The translations under genes and the position numbers were made by a program. 64,000 nucleotides of DNA, taken from NCBI GenBank assembly GCA_037129555.1, contig JBAXUS010000005.1, positions 7,086 to 71,085 of the forward strand. Reading direction: 5' to 3'. Position 1 is the first letter of the stretch. Each line of letters opens with the position of its first letter. The notes beneath the pieces were generated by a model. That model was given only the letters and a program-made list of their open reading frames with translations, did no database searches and was not told where the DNA came from. The DNA comes from Planctomycetota bacterium. Its GTDB lineage: Bacteria > Planctomycetota > SZUA-567 > H5-PLA8. This document shows, in pieces, positions 47,649 to 56,337 of the stretch.

Positions 47649-48955
47649 TGAATTCGCCGTTGCCAGCGCCGTCCCAACGACTGCAACCCATTTCCGAAAT
47701 ACAACCTGCTACGAGTGCGGAGCGGGTGTCCACTCCCGAAACAGCGTCGTGGTTTGAACGCGTTGCGCGCAGTGCGGTGATGCGCCAGTTGGGTGGATTG
47801 AAAACCGGTTGCATGGAGATCGTTGAAGGTTCGGAGCGCGTACGATTCGGCGCACCTGTGTCGGGTTCGAAGTCAGAAATTCCGGCGATGACGGTACATC
47901 GCCCGAGCCTGTTTCCGCGAACGATGCTGGGCGGTACGATTGGTGCTGCAGAAAGTTACATGGACGGCGATTGGTCGTGCAACGATCTGACCGAATTGAT
48001 TCGCGTGTTTATTCAGAACATTCATTTGGATTCGGAGACCGACAACGGATTGGCGCGGCTGATGCAGCCGGTCCTTCGATTTGCGCATTGGTTGCGTGGA
48101 AATTCAGTGAGCGGCAGCCGGAAAAATATCGCAGCGCATTACGATCTCAGCAACGATTTCTTCGCGTTGTTTCTGGACGAAACGATGATGTATTCGAGCG
48201 CGTTTTTTGAGCGTGAGAACATGGCACTGGCAGAAGCGTCGTCGGCGAAAAACGAGCGATTGTGCAAGATGTTGAAGCTCGCACCGGGCGATCATATGCT
48301 GGAAATCGGAACGGGTTGGGGTGGGTTTGCGATTCACGCGGCGCAGCATCACGGATGTAAAATCACGACGACGACGATTTCGAAAGAGCAATTTGCGATG
48401 GCGAATGAGCGCATCGCGAAGGCGGGGATGAGCGATAAAATCACGGTGTTGCTCGAAGACTATCGGCACTTAAAGGGGACGTACGACAAGCTGGTTTCGA
48501 TTGAGATGATTGAAGCGGTGGGGCACGATTATCTGGATACGTTTTTCAAGCGCTGCAGCGAATTGTTGAAACCGCACGGCGCGATGGCGCTTCAGGCGAT
48601 CACGATTCAGGACCGGTTATTCAAGCAACACGCGGAGTCGGTGGACTTCATCAAGAAGCATATTTTTCCGGGCAGTTGTCTGCCGTCTGTCGCGCGGATG
48701 TTGGACGCGACGCGACGACACACGGATTTGAATCTCGCGCGGTTGGAGGAAATCACGCCGCATTATGCGCGGACGCTGAGTGCGTGGCGGCAGCGATTTT
48801 TTGACAAGATTGAGCTGATTCGCGGCATGGGTTTCGGCGAGAAATTCATTCGCATGTGGGAGTTTTACCTGTGCTATTGTGAGGCCGGATTTCGCGAGCG
48901 GTACATTGGATCGATGCAGATGGTGTTTGCGAAGCCGGGGTGGCGGATCGATTAA
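47648..48955 (+). CDS. cfa: Cyclopropane-fatty-acyl-phospholipid synthase (SAM-dependent methyltransferase)
   Basis: SAM-binding motif (LEIGTGWGGFAIHAAQHHGC) and conserved C-terminal region. Translationally coupled to the DUF1365 gene. Confidence 0.8.
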   Translation: MNSPLPAPSQRLQPISEIQPATSAERVSTPETASWFERVARSAVMRQLGGLKTGCMEIVEGSERVRFGAPVSGSKSEIPAMTVHRPSLFPRTMLGGTIGAAESYMDGDWSCNDLTELIRVFIQNIHLDSETDNGLARLMQPVLRFAHWLRGNSVSGSRKNIAAHYDLSNDFFALFLDETMMYSSAFFERENMALAEASSAKNERLCKMLKLAPGDHMLEIGTGWGGFAIHAAQHHGCKITTTTISKEQFAMANERIAKAGMSDKITVLLEDYRHLKGTYDKLVSIEMIEAVGHDYLDTFFKRCSELLKPHGAMALQAITIQDRLFKQHAESVDFIKKHIFPGSCLPSVARMLDATRRHTDLNLARLEEITPHYARTLSAWRQRFFDKIELIRGMGFGEKFIRMWEFYLCYCEAGFRERYIGSMQMVFAKPGWRID

Positions 48956-48976
48956 TTTTGTTTTTGGAGAGCAGGC

Positions 48977-49630
48977 ATGTCGAATGGCAAAGCGGTGTCG
49001 AATGAGACGGTGATTCAGCAGTTGAAGTGGCGTTACGCGACGAAGAAATTTGACGCGACGAAGCGCATTTCGGATGCGGATTGGAAGACACTTGAAGAGG
49101 TGCTGGTGTTGACTCCGTCGTCATTCGGATTGCAGCCGTGGAAGTTTTTTGTTGTCGTTACGCCAGCATTGAAAGAGAAGTTGGTTCCAGTATCGTGGGG
49201 ACAAATGCAGGTGAAAGAAGCGTCCCACACGCTGGTCATGGCGATCAAGAAGAATATGAATGCGGCGGACATCACGCGGTATGTTGAGCACACGGCGCAG
49301 GTGCGAAGCGTGCCGGTGGAGTCGCTCGAAAAGTTCAAGCAGGTGATGGTGAATTTCGCGACTCGTCCGGGCTTTGATGTGAATGCGTGGGCGAAGGATC
49401 AGGTGTACATTGCGCTCGGAAATTTCATGACGGCAGCGGCGATGCTGGGAATTGATACGTGTCCGATGGAAGGGATAGATCCGAAAAAGTACGATGAAAT
49501 TCTAGGACTCGAAGCGCTGGGATTTGCGACTGTTGTGGCGTGTCCGGCGGGGTATCGGTCCAGTGAAGACAAATACGCGGCGACTCCGAAAGTGCGGTTC
49601 GATCACGACGACGTCATTGGGCATTTATAA
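48977..49630 (+). CDS. NAD(P)H nitroreductase family protein
   Basis: Classic nitroreductase N-terminus (…RYATKKFDATKRISDADWKTLEEVLVLTPSSFGLQPWKFFVV…). Confidence 0.75.
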   Translation: MSNGKAVSNETVIQQLKWRYATKKFDATKRISDADWKTLEEVLVLTPSSFGLQPWKFFVVVTPALKEKLVPVSWGQMQVKEASHTLVMAIKKNMNAADITRYVEHTAQVRSVPVESLEKFKQVMVNFATRPGFDVNAWAKDQVYIALGNFMTAAAMLGIDTCPMEGIDPKKYDEILGLEALGFATVVACPAGYRSSEDKYAATPKVRFDHDDVIGHL

Positions 49631-49653
49631 ACGCGAATGGATCAAACGCACTT

Positions 49654-49732
49654 CACCCCTCACCTCGCGAGACGGAACGGCTGTCTCGTCGGTCCTCTCC
49701 CTCAAGGGGAGAGGGCAACAGCAACGGCTAGT
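49654..49732 (+). repeat. Structured ~90-nt repeat, copy 1 (most diverged)
   Basis: cacCCCTCACCtCGCGAGACGGAACGgCTGTCTCGTCGGtCCTCTCCCTCAAGGGGAGAGGGcaacagcaacggct. Stem 1 is CGAGAC/GTCTCG; stem 2 is CCTCTCCC-tcaa-GGGGAGAGG. Confidence 0.7.
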
Positions 49733-49826
49733 CCAAACCTGCTGCGAATTGTGAAGATCGTGTTGTGAGATTTGAGTCCGCTTGTATAGTCGAATTCTCT
49801 TGATTCGACATTTCGATAGACATTGG

Positions 49827-52391
49827 ACCGCCATGACTTCCACACCGCCAGACGCAATCGTAAAAGCATCATCGGCCTGGCGCACGGGCTATGCCGCCAA
49901 GCTGGGCGTGTTTGATGAGATGGTGTCCGCGCGGGGGGAAATCCATCCGCATTGGTCGAGTTTTGTCGAGCATATGGATGCGATGGGCGCGGCTGAAATT
50001 TCACGACGCTGGGAGTTGGCGCTGCGGACGCTTCACGAGAATGGCGTGTCGTACAACGTGTATGGCGATCCGCATGGAATCGATCGACCGTGGGTGTTGG
50101 ACGCGGTGCCGATGATGATTTCGGCGCGCGAATGGAGCGGCTTGGAGCGCTCGCTGATTCAACGCGCGCGTTTGTTGAATCTGATTCTCGCGGATATTTA
50201 CGGGCCGCAAAAACTGCTCAAAGAGGGTGTGCTGCCTCCGGAGTTGATCTACGCGCATCCGGGATTTTTGCGTCCGTGTCATGGCGTGGCGCTGCCGGGT
50301 AATCTGCATCTGCATTTGTATTCAGCGGACATAGCGCGTTCGCCTGATGGAACGTGGTCGGTGATCGGCGACGGGACGCAAGCGCCAGCCGGGGCGGGTT
50401 ACGCGCTTGAAAACCGCATCGTGTTGTCGCGTATTTTTCCGGATATTTTCAAAGAGTGTCATGCGCAGCGTCTGGCGATGTATTTCCGGCGTATCCGTGA
50501 AACGTTGCGCGGACTGGCGTATTACAATCGCGATAATCCGCGTATCGTTCTGCTCACGCCGGGGCCGTACCACGAGACGTATTTTGAGCACGCGTATCTG
50601 GCGCGGTATTTGAATTACACGCTGGTGGAAGGCGGCGATTTGACCGTGCGCGACCAGTGCGTGTATTTGAAAACGCTGGGTGGGCTGCATCGCGTCGATG
50701 TGATTTTACGGCGGCTGGATGACGACTATTGTGACCCGCTTGAATTGAATCCGGAATCGTTTTTGGGTGTGCCGGGATTGATGCAGGCGGTGCGCGCGGG
50801 GAACGTGGCGATTTCGAATCCGCTGGGCAGCGGGTTGGCGGAGTCACCGGCGTTGAAGCCGTTTTTGCCGGACTTGTGCAAGCATTTGCTGGGCGAAGAT
50901 CTGTTACTCCCGTCGGTGCCGAGCCATTGGTGCGGGAAGCGTGCGTCGATGGATTACGCGCTGGATAATCTTGAGCGGATGATTGTAAAAGCGTCGTATC
51001 CGGAGCGTGGGATTGAGTCTGTTTTTTGTGGGCGGCTGTCGATTGTTCAACGTGAAAAGCTTAAGGAAAAAATCCGGGCGCGACCCGCGTTTTATGTTGC
51101 TCAAGAGCAGGTGGAACTGTCGACGGCACCGGTGCTGGTTGAGAATCGGATACAGCCGCGACACGCAGTTTTGCGGACGTATCTCGCGGCGTCTGAAGGA
51201 ACGTACAGCGCTATGCCGGGCGGATTGACCCAGGTGCCGACGTCGGCTGAAGCGCATGTGTTTTCGTTGCAGCGCGGGGCCGGGAGCAAGGATACGTGGG
51301 TGCAGTCGTCGGGGCCTGTGAGCACCTTTAGTTTGCTCAGACCAAAGGGTGACGCGATTGAATTGACGCGCGGCGGGAATGATTTGCCGAGTCGCGTGGC
51401 GGACAATTTGTACTGGCTTGGGCGCTATGTAGAGCGCGCTGAAAATGCGGTGCGGTTGATGCGAGGAATCGCGAATCGGATTTCGGACAAATCGATATGG
51501 GGGGAAGTCCGAGAATTGTCGGACCTCATGCGCGCGCTATGTCACCAGGGTGGTATGGCATGTGGATTGGATTCGGTTCATTCGGCGGAAACGGTGACGC
51601 AAGGCGATGAGTTGACACTTCTTTTAGAACAGAGTCGTCGTCCGGGCGGATTGCATTCAACATTGCAGTCGCTGCAATTTGTGTCGCGAGCGGTGCGCGA
51701 TCGAATTTCCACGGATACGTGGCGCGTGGTAAACAGTTTGAACGAAGACGCGGTGTGGCCGGACGACTTGGATTCGACACGACTGAGTGAGATTATCGAG
51801 CGGCTCAACATGATGGTGACGACGCTGGCGTCGTTCGGCGGGTTGGCGAGCGAGAGCATGACCCGCGGGCAGGTGTGGATTTTTATGGACATGGGCCGGC
51901 GGTTGGAGCGGACGGTCAGCATGGCCGGGCTGTTGCGCAGCACGCTGGTGACGCCGGTGAAGGAAGACAGCACACTGCTCGAATCCGTCTTGGAAGTTGG
52001 CGATAGTTTCATGACGTATCGCCGCCGGTATTTGGCGAATTTGCAACTCGCGCCGGTGCTGGATTTGTTGCTTGCGGACGAGACAAATCCGCGCTCGATT
52101 GCGTTTCAATACGTGATGTTGAACGAGCATATTGAGAGTTTGCCGCGCGATCGGACGCTTGCGCATCTGTCGCCAGAACAGCGGGTGACGGTGGGTGGAT
52201 TGGCGTCGTTGCGGTTACAGGAAATTGAAGAATTGTGCCAGTTGGACGCGCAGGGCAAGCGCGGGAATCTCGCGCATTTGCTGACGCGCGTGGATGAAGA
52301 CATGGCGGCGCTTTCGGATATTGTCACGCGACAGTTCCTGAGCCACGCCCAAGCCTCGCGGCAACTCGCGAGTTTCAACATGGAAGGTTAG
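49827..52391 (+). CDS. Circularly permuted ATP-grasp type 2 protein fused to a C-terminal alpha-E domain
   Basis: N-terminal region matches the CP-ATP-grasp family (…HWSSFVEHMDAMGAAEISRRWELALRTLHENGVSYNVYGDPHGIDRPWVLDAVPMMISAREW…). The C-terminal ~300 aa begin with the alpha-E signature (…SRVADNLYWLGRYVERAENAVRLMR…). Start taken at MTSTPPD (49827). Confidence 0.7.
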   Translation, partial: TAMTSTPPDAIVKASSAWRTGYAAKLGVFDEMVSARGEIHPHWSSFVEHMDAMGAAEISRRWELALRTLHENGVSYNVYGDPHGIDRPWVLDAVPMMISAREWSGLERSLIQRARLLNLILADIYGPQKLLKEGVLPPELIYAHPGFLRPCHGVALPGNLHLHLYSADIARSPDGTWSVIGDGTQAPAGAGYALENRIVLSRIFPDIFKECHAQRLAMYFRRIRETLRGLAYYNRDNPRIVLLTPGPYHETYFEHAYLARYLNYTLVEGGDLTVRDQCVYLKTLGGLHRVDVILRRLDDDYCDPLELNPESFLGVPGLMQAVRAGNVAISNPLGSGLAESPALKPFLPDLCKHLLGEDLLLPSVPSHWCGKRASMDYALDNLERMIVKASYPERGIESVFCGRLSIVQREKLKEKIRARPAFYVAQEQVELSTAPVLVENRIQPRHAVLRTYLAASEGTYSAMPGGLTQVPTSAEAHVFSLQRGAGSKDTWVQSSGPVSTFSLLRPKGDAIELTRGGNDLPSRVADNLYWLGRYVERAENAVRLMRGIANRISDKSIWGEVRELSDLMRALCHQGGMACGLDSVHSAETVTQGDELTLLLEQSRRPGGLHSTLQSLQFVSRAVRDRISTDTWRVVNSLNEDAVWPDDLDSTRLSEIIERLNMMVTTLASFGGLASESMTRGQVWIFMDMGRRLERTVSMAGLLRSTLVTPVKEDSTLLESVLEVGDSFMTYRRRYLANLQLAPVLDLLLADETNPRSIAFQYVMLNEHIESLPRDRTLAHLSPEQRVTVGGLASLRLQEIEELCQLDAQGKRGNLAHLLTRVDEDMAALSDIVTRQFLSHAQASRQLASFNMEG

Positions 52392-52550
52392 TGGTTCGGC
52401 AATGCTAATTTGATAGATCTGCTTGCGTCTTTTTGCTTGGCTCTTCGTTGTATGCTCAGTTAGAGATTCATTAATATCTTCCTGAGCATACGCCTCGATC
52501 CAGACAAAAATACGCGGCGCATATCTATCAAATTAACCTTGCCGAACCAC
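52391..52550. repeat. 160-bp nested inverted-repeat element (28-bp terminal inverted repeats enclosing a 10-bp inner stem)
   Basis: Left repeat 52391-52418 GTGGTTCGGCAAtgcTAATTTGATAGAT. Right repeat 52523-52550 ATCTATCAAATTAaccTTGCCGAACCAC (25 of 28 complementary). Inner GTATGCTCAG (52450-59) / CTGAGCATAC (52482-91). The interior is AT-rich. It overlaps the stop codon of the ATP-grasp gene. Confidence 0.7.
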
Positions 52551-52581
52551 TCGCGGCTTTCGCGCCCGAGAAACAAAGCCC

Positions 52582-54108
52582 ATGCCTGACACCATCATCG
52601 CTGTGTCTAGTCCGTCTGTGAGTCTCGCGAACGCTTCGCCGGGAATGGTGCCATGCTCCATGATCCGGCTTTCGGGGCCGGATGCAGGGCGGTGCGCGGA
52701 TACGGTTTTTACAATCCATCAACCTGAACATACGACACGATCGGCGAGTTCGATTGGGCTTCGTCCGAAACATGAGGCGCATCGAATTCCGGCGACGGTG
52801 ACGGATGCGCTGTCTGAAAAAAAATGGCGACGAATTGTGGGACGAGTTGTGTGGCGGGGGAACGAGTTGAATGCGCATGTGTACGTCATGCCTGCGCCGC
52901 GCAGTTACACACGTGAGGATGTTGTCGAACTGCATGTGCCGGGATTGCCGTGGGTGGTGGAGACATTGTTGGATGGATTGATCGCGTCGGGCGCTCGGAC
53001 GGCGCAGCCGGGTGAATTTACGCGGCGGGCGTTTGAGCATGGTCGGATCACGCTGGAGCAGGCTGAAGCGGTTGGGAAATTGATTGCGAGTTCATCCGCC
53101 GATGAAGCGCGCGCGCATGCGTCTCAGTTGGCGGTTCATTCGGGTGTGCAGCGCCGGGTGTTGAAAAAAGACATTGAGGATTTGCTGGCGCAAGTGGAAC
53201 TCGGTTTGGATTTTTCGCATGAAGATGTAATCGTGATTTCGTTGGAGGAGATGGCGACTCGATTGGACGCGTTGCGGGCGCGGGCGGTGAAATTGGCGGA
53301 CGAATCTTCGCATGAATTTGAGCGGGCACCAGCGACGCGTGCGCCGCGCATTGTTCTTGTTGGGCCGACGAATGCAGGGAAGAGCCAGCTCTTTAATACA
53401 TTGTTGAAACGCGATGCGGCGATAGTGAGTTCGGAGCGGCACACGACGCGTGATGGAGTTGAGGCGGTGCTGAAATTTGGTGGCTCGGTTCCGGATGCCG
53501 TGTTGATTGACAGCGCTGGGAGCGGGGATTTAGGCGGAGTGGATGCGGAGCTTTTTTCGGCAGCGCGAACGGCGACGCGCCGGGAATTGGAGATGGCGGA
53601 TATTGTGTTGCTCGCGCTGGACCGATCGGTGGCGATGGAGCAGCAGGAGAATTTCGCAGCGTTATTGAAAGATGTGAAGGCGTTGACCCCAGCGTATTCG
53701 GCGTTGGTTTGGACGAAGAGCGATCTTGCGGCTCCTGCGAATTGGGATGCCGGGATGCAGTTGGGTTGGGACGTCACACAGCGATTTGAAGTGTCGTCGG
53801 TGTCGGGGCGCGGTGTTGATGCGCTGCGAGAATTTTTGGCTCAACGGACGTCTGAGTTGGCGCAACGGACCGCGCAGGCTCATGCGGCAGCGGGGGCGTC
53901 GGTGCGGGCATCGGCACTCAGTGCGGCTGATGCGCTTGAACGGGCGTCAGGCGCGTTGCGAGACGGATGTGGCGAGGATGTGGTAGCGGTAGAATTGCGC
54001 GAAGCGATTCACGCGTTTTGGCGGGCTGAAGGGATATTAATGCGCCACGATGCGGTGACGGAAGCGGCGCTCGATATTATTTTCTCGCAATTCTGCGTCG
54101 GAAAGTAA
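52582..54108 (+). CDS. mnmE: tRNA modification GTPase MnmE (TrmE)
   Basis: N-terminal …DTIIAVSSP… block, G domain (LVGPTNAGKSQLFNTL, DSAG), and the C-terminal C-V-G-K motif characteristic of MnmE. Confidence 0.85.
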   Translation: MPDTIIAVSSPSVSLANASPGMVPCSMIRLSGPDAGRCADTVFTIHQPEHTTRSASSIGLRPKHEAHRIPATVTDALSEKKWRRIVGRVVWRGNELNAHVYVMPAPRSYTREDVVELHVPGLPWVVETLLDGLIASGARTAQPGEFTRRAFEHGRITLEQAEAVGKLIASSSADEARAHASQLAVHSGVQRRVLKKDIEDLLAQVELGLDFSHEDVIVISLEEMATRLDALRARAVKLADESSHEFERAPATRAPRIVLVGPTNAGKSQLFNTLLKRDAAIVSSERHTTRDGVEAVLKFGGSVPDAVLIDSAGSGDLGGVDAELFSAARTATRRELEMADIVLLALDRSVAMEQQENFAALLKDVKALTPAYSALVWTKSDLAAPANWDAGMQLGWDVTQRFEVSSVSGRGVDALREFLAQRTSELAQRTAQAHAAAGASVRASALSAADALERASGALRDGCGEDVVAVELREAIHAFWRAEGILMRHDAVTEAALDIIFSQFCVGK

Positions 54109-54128
54109 CCTACGCTCCGACGCATTTT
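54095..54128 (+). terminator. Possible bidirectional terminator hairpin between convergent mnmE and dUTPase-like genes
   Basis: GCGTCGG-aaagtaacctacgct-CCGACGC followed by ATTTTAAT and then AAAAAAAA. The stem overlaps the mnmE stop codon. Confidence 0.4.
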
Positions 54129-54184
54129 AATCCAAAAAAAATTCGTGAAGATTCGCGTGATTCGATGTTCACATGCCGTTGCCG

Positions 54185-54637
54185 TTAAACAATCGCGCGG
54201 TTCTCGGCTTCGTTCTTTGTTTCCTTCGAATAACCGGTCTCCTGGCGGTTCTGGTTGACGCGGTGTTTGGCCGTGTAGAGGCGGTGGAATTCGTCGGCGG
54301 TGAGGCCGGACGCGAGCGCGAGGCTGGTGAGGAAGTGCATCAGATCGACGATTTCGACGCGGATGTTTTGGAGGTCGATTTTGTCCTTGCTCCACCACTT
54401 CCACAAGAGGTCGGCTTCAAGCTCCTGGGCTTCGCCTTGCAGTGCGCGGAGGTAGTTGCGGAGCCACAGATTCGGCAGTCCGTTCGGTCCCAATTCGCCG
54501 CGATCCAGGGACGCTTGAATGGAGGCCATTGTGAGCAGGTTGCCGTCGGGGCCGTGTATGTCCTGCTTCTTAAAAATGCCGTCGTTCAGTTCGCCTTGCA
54601 GCGTGAAAATGTCGTTGAGTTTGTCGGTCTCAGCCAT
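54185..54637 (-). CDS. All-alpha NTP pyrophosphohydrolase, dimeric-dUTPase/MazG-like family
   Basis: 150 aa with …LQGEAQELEADLLWKWWSK… (the E-rich metal-binding helix and WKWW motif characteristic of dimeric dUTPase-like enzymes). Confidence 0.45.
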   Translation of the reverse strand: MAETDKLNDIFTLQGELNDGIFKKQDIHGPDGNLLTMASIQASLDRGELGPNGLPNLWLRNYLRALQGEAQELEADLLWKWWSKDKIDLQNIRVEIVDLMHFLTSLALASGLTADEFHRLYTAKHRVNQNRQETGYSKETKNEAENRAIV

Positions 54638-54657
54638 GTCTTTTGCCTTCCTTTTCT

Positions 54658-56118
54658 TTAGAAACGGTCTTCGATTTTGACTACTTTGAATTGATCGAAC
54701 AGGCCAGCGCGCGCTTCGCTGATCAGCGTCATGTAGACGCGTTCTTCAACTTCCTCGAACGTCACGTCCTGTTTTTCGAGGCACTTGAAAATGTGCCAGC
54801 CATACGCACTGCGAACGGGTGCGGAGACTTCACTGGGTTTGAGTAAGACGGCTGCGTTGACGGCTGCTTGATCGAGCGGACGAGCGGGGATGGTGTCTTT
54901 GCCGATGCGACCGATGAGACCGTTGGCGCGTTTGGTTTTGTCGTCGGAGTATTTGCGAGCGGTTTCGTCGAAGTTGGTTTTGGCGAGATCGACGAGACCA
55001 TCGATCTTGGGCTTTGCATTTTGGAATTGAGTTTCGCGCGCTTGGCTCGAATAGGCATTGATTGCGGCATGGCCGTCGGCTTGCCACGCAGGGCCGTAGG
55101 GGTGGCCGTCGGGGTCGAGGACTTGGACGAAGATGTGCGCGATCAAACTTTCGGCGAGTTTGTATTTGGCGGGGCTGGCGGCGAATTCGGCCTGGAGTTG
55201 TTTCAAGCGGATGTTTTGTTTAACGAGGAGTGTGGCGAGCGCATCGAAGGAGAAGATGCGGCTCGTCAGATAATGTTCTGCGGTCATGCCGTGGCGTTGA
55301 ATGATCTGCATCATGATCGCGCGGCCGGGGACGCCGGTTTGTTGTTCTTTCAAACGGCACAGATAGCTGAAGTGAAATTTGCGGTCGTCATCGTTGAGCG
55401 CGAGGCCTTTTGACTTCGCGGCGGCTTGAACGAGGCGTTCGAGTTTCAACTGTTCGAGGATGTCGAGCAGCGCGCTTTTGGTGATCTGGCCCTCGGCTTC
55501 GAGAATGTATTGACGGACTTCATCGCGCGGATAGGAGCGGGTGCCGATGCGGACGGCTTCGCCTTTGCCGAGCTTAGCGGGTTCGGCTTCGACGCCGTTG
55601 AGTTGGATGAATTTCTCGACGAACTTGCGTTTCAAATCCTCGAACTGAGTGGTGTAGGTGCGAAGATCGGAGGCGAGTTTTTTGTCGTTGTGGAAGATTT
55701 TCATCAGCCCGAGATCGACGCGAACGGTGCGGCGCAGGGCTTCGACTACGCCAGCTCCGTAGCGGCGTTCGATTTCGTCGGCATTGATTCCGAGCACGCG
55801 CGCCTTGTTGTCGAGGGTGAGTTTGAGTTCGGTGTTGACTTCGGCCATGGGGACGTCGATTTTGGCGCGTTCGACTTCCTGTTTCCGGATGGCGTAATCG
55901 ACGAACGCCGGCAAATATTTTTCCCAGGCTTCTTCGACGAGTACGTCGAGTACGTCGCGTCCGAAGATTTCTTCACCGTTGACGATGCGGTACACTCGGC
56001 CTTCATCGATGTGGATGAGGGGTTCGTTGGGCTGTGCAAGTTCGGCTCGCAGAGATGTGGCGGCGAGCATGGCGGCGATGCAAAGAAGGAGTGCGTTTCG
56101 GATCATGATCGGCCTCAA
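54658..56118 (-). CDS. SurA-like periplasmic chaperone / parvulin-type peptidyl-prolyl isomerase
   Basis: Signal peptide; C-terminal parvulin block (…VSAPVRSAYGWHIFKCLEK…); long helical SurA-N-like region. Confidence 0.65.
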   Translation of the reverse strand: MRPIMIRNALLLCIAAMLAATSLRAELAQPNEPLIHIDEGRVYRIVNGEEIFGRDVLDVLVEEAWEKYLPAFVDYAIRKQEVERAKIDVPMAEVNTELKLTLDNKARVLGINADEIERRYGAGVVEALRRTVRVDLGLMKIFHNDKKLASDLRTYTTQFEDLKRKFVEKFIQLNGVEAEPAKLGKGEAVRIGTRSYPRDEVRQYILEAEGQITKSALLDILEQLKLERLVQAAAKSKGLALNDDDRKFHFSYLCRLKEQQTGVPGRAIMMQIIQRHGMTAEHYLTSRIFSFDALATLLVKQNIRLKQLQAEFAASPAKYKLAESLIAHIFVQVLDPDGHPYGPAWQADGHAAINAYSSQARETQFQNAKPKIDGLVDLAKTNFDETARKYSDDKTKRANGLIGRIGKDTIPARPLDQAAVNAAVLLKPSEVSAPVRSAYGWHIFKCLEKQDVTFEEVEERVYMTLISEARAGLFDQFKVVKIEDRF

Positions 56119-56230
56119 AAAACGCGGCGGAAAACGGATGTAGAGTTCCGGTGATGGCGTGGAATTGTAACCGAATTATCGTCCGATAATGAAGGTAAAA
56201 AGAGGGAAAATAGTGGAATGGAGCGGTTGA

Positions 56231-56330
56231 GATTAATCAGCGCCACCCCTCACCCCGCGAGCCGAACGGCTGGCTCGTCGGCCCTCTCCCTCAAGGGGAG
56301 AGGGGAAGGGCTACGGCTCGCTTTGCTCGC
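56231..56330 (+). repeat. Structured ~100-nt repeat, copy 2
   Basis: GATTAATCAGCGccACCCCTCACCCCGCGAGCCGAACGGCTGGCTCGTCGGCCCTCTCCCTCAAGGGGAGAGGGGAAGGGCtaCGGCTCGCTTtGCTCGC. It lies between the SurA-like gene start and the 3' end of the large minus-strand gene. Confidence 0.75.
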
Positions 56331-56337
56331 GTGAGAA

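Noticed and set aside
53136-53777. 213-aa minus-strand ORF inside mnmE
   Set aside because: Antisense shadow ORF of a well-supported MnmE gene.
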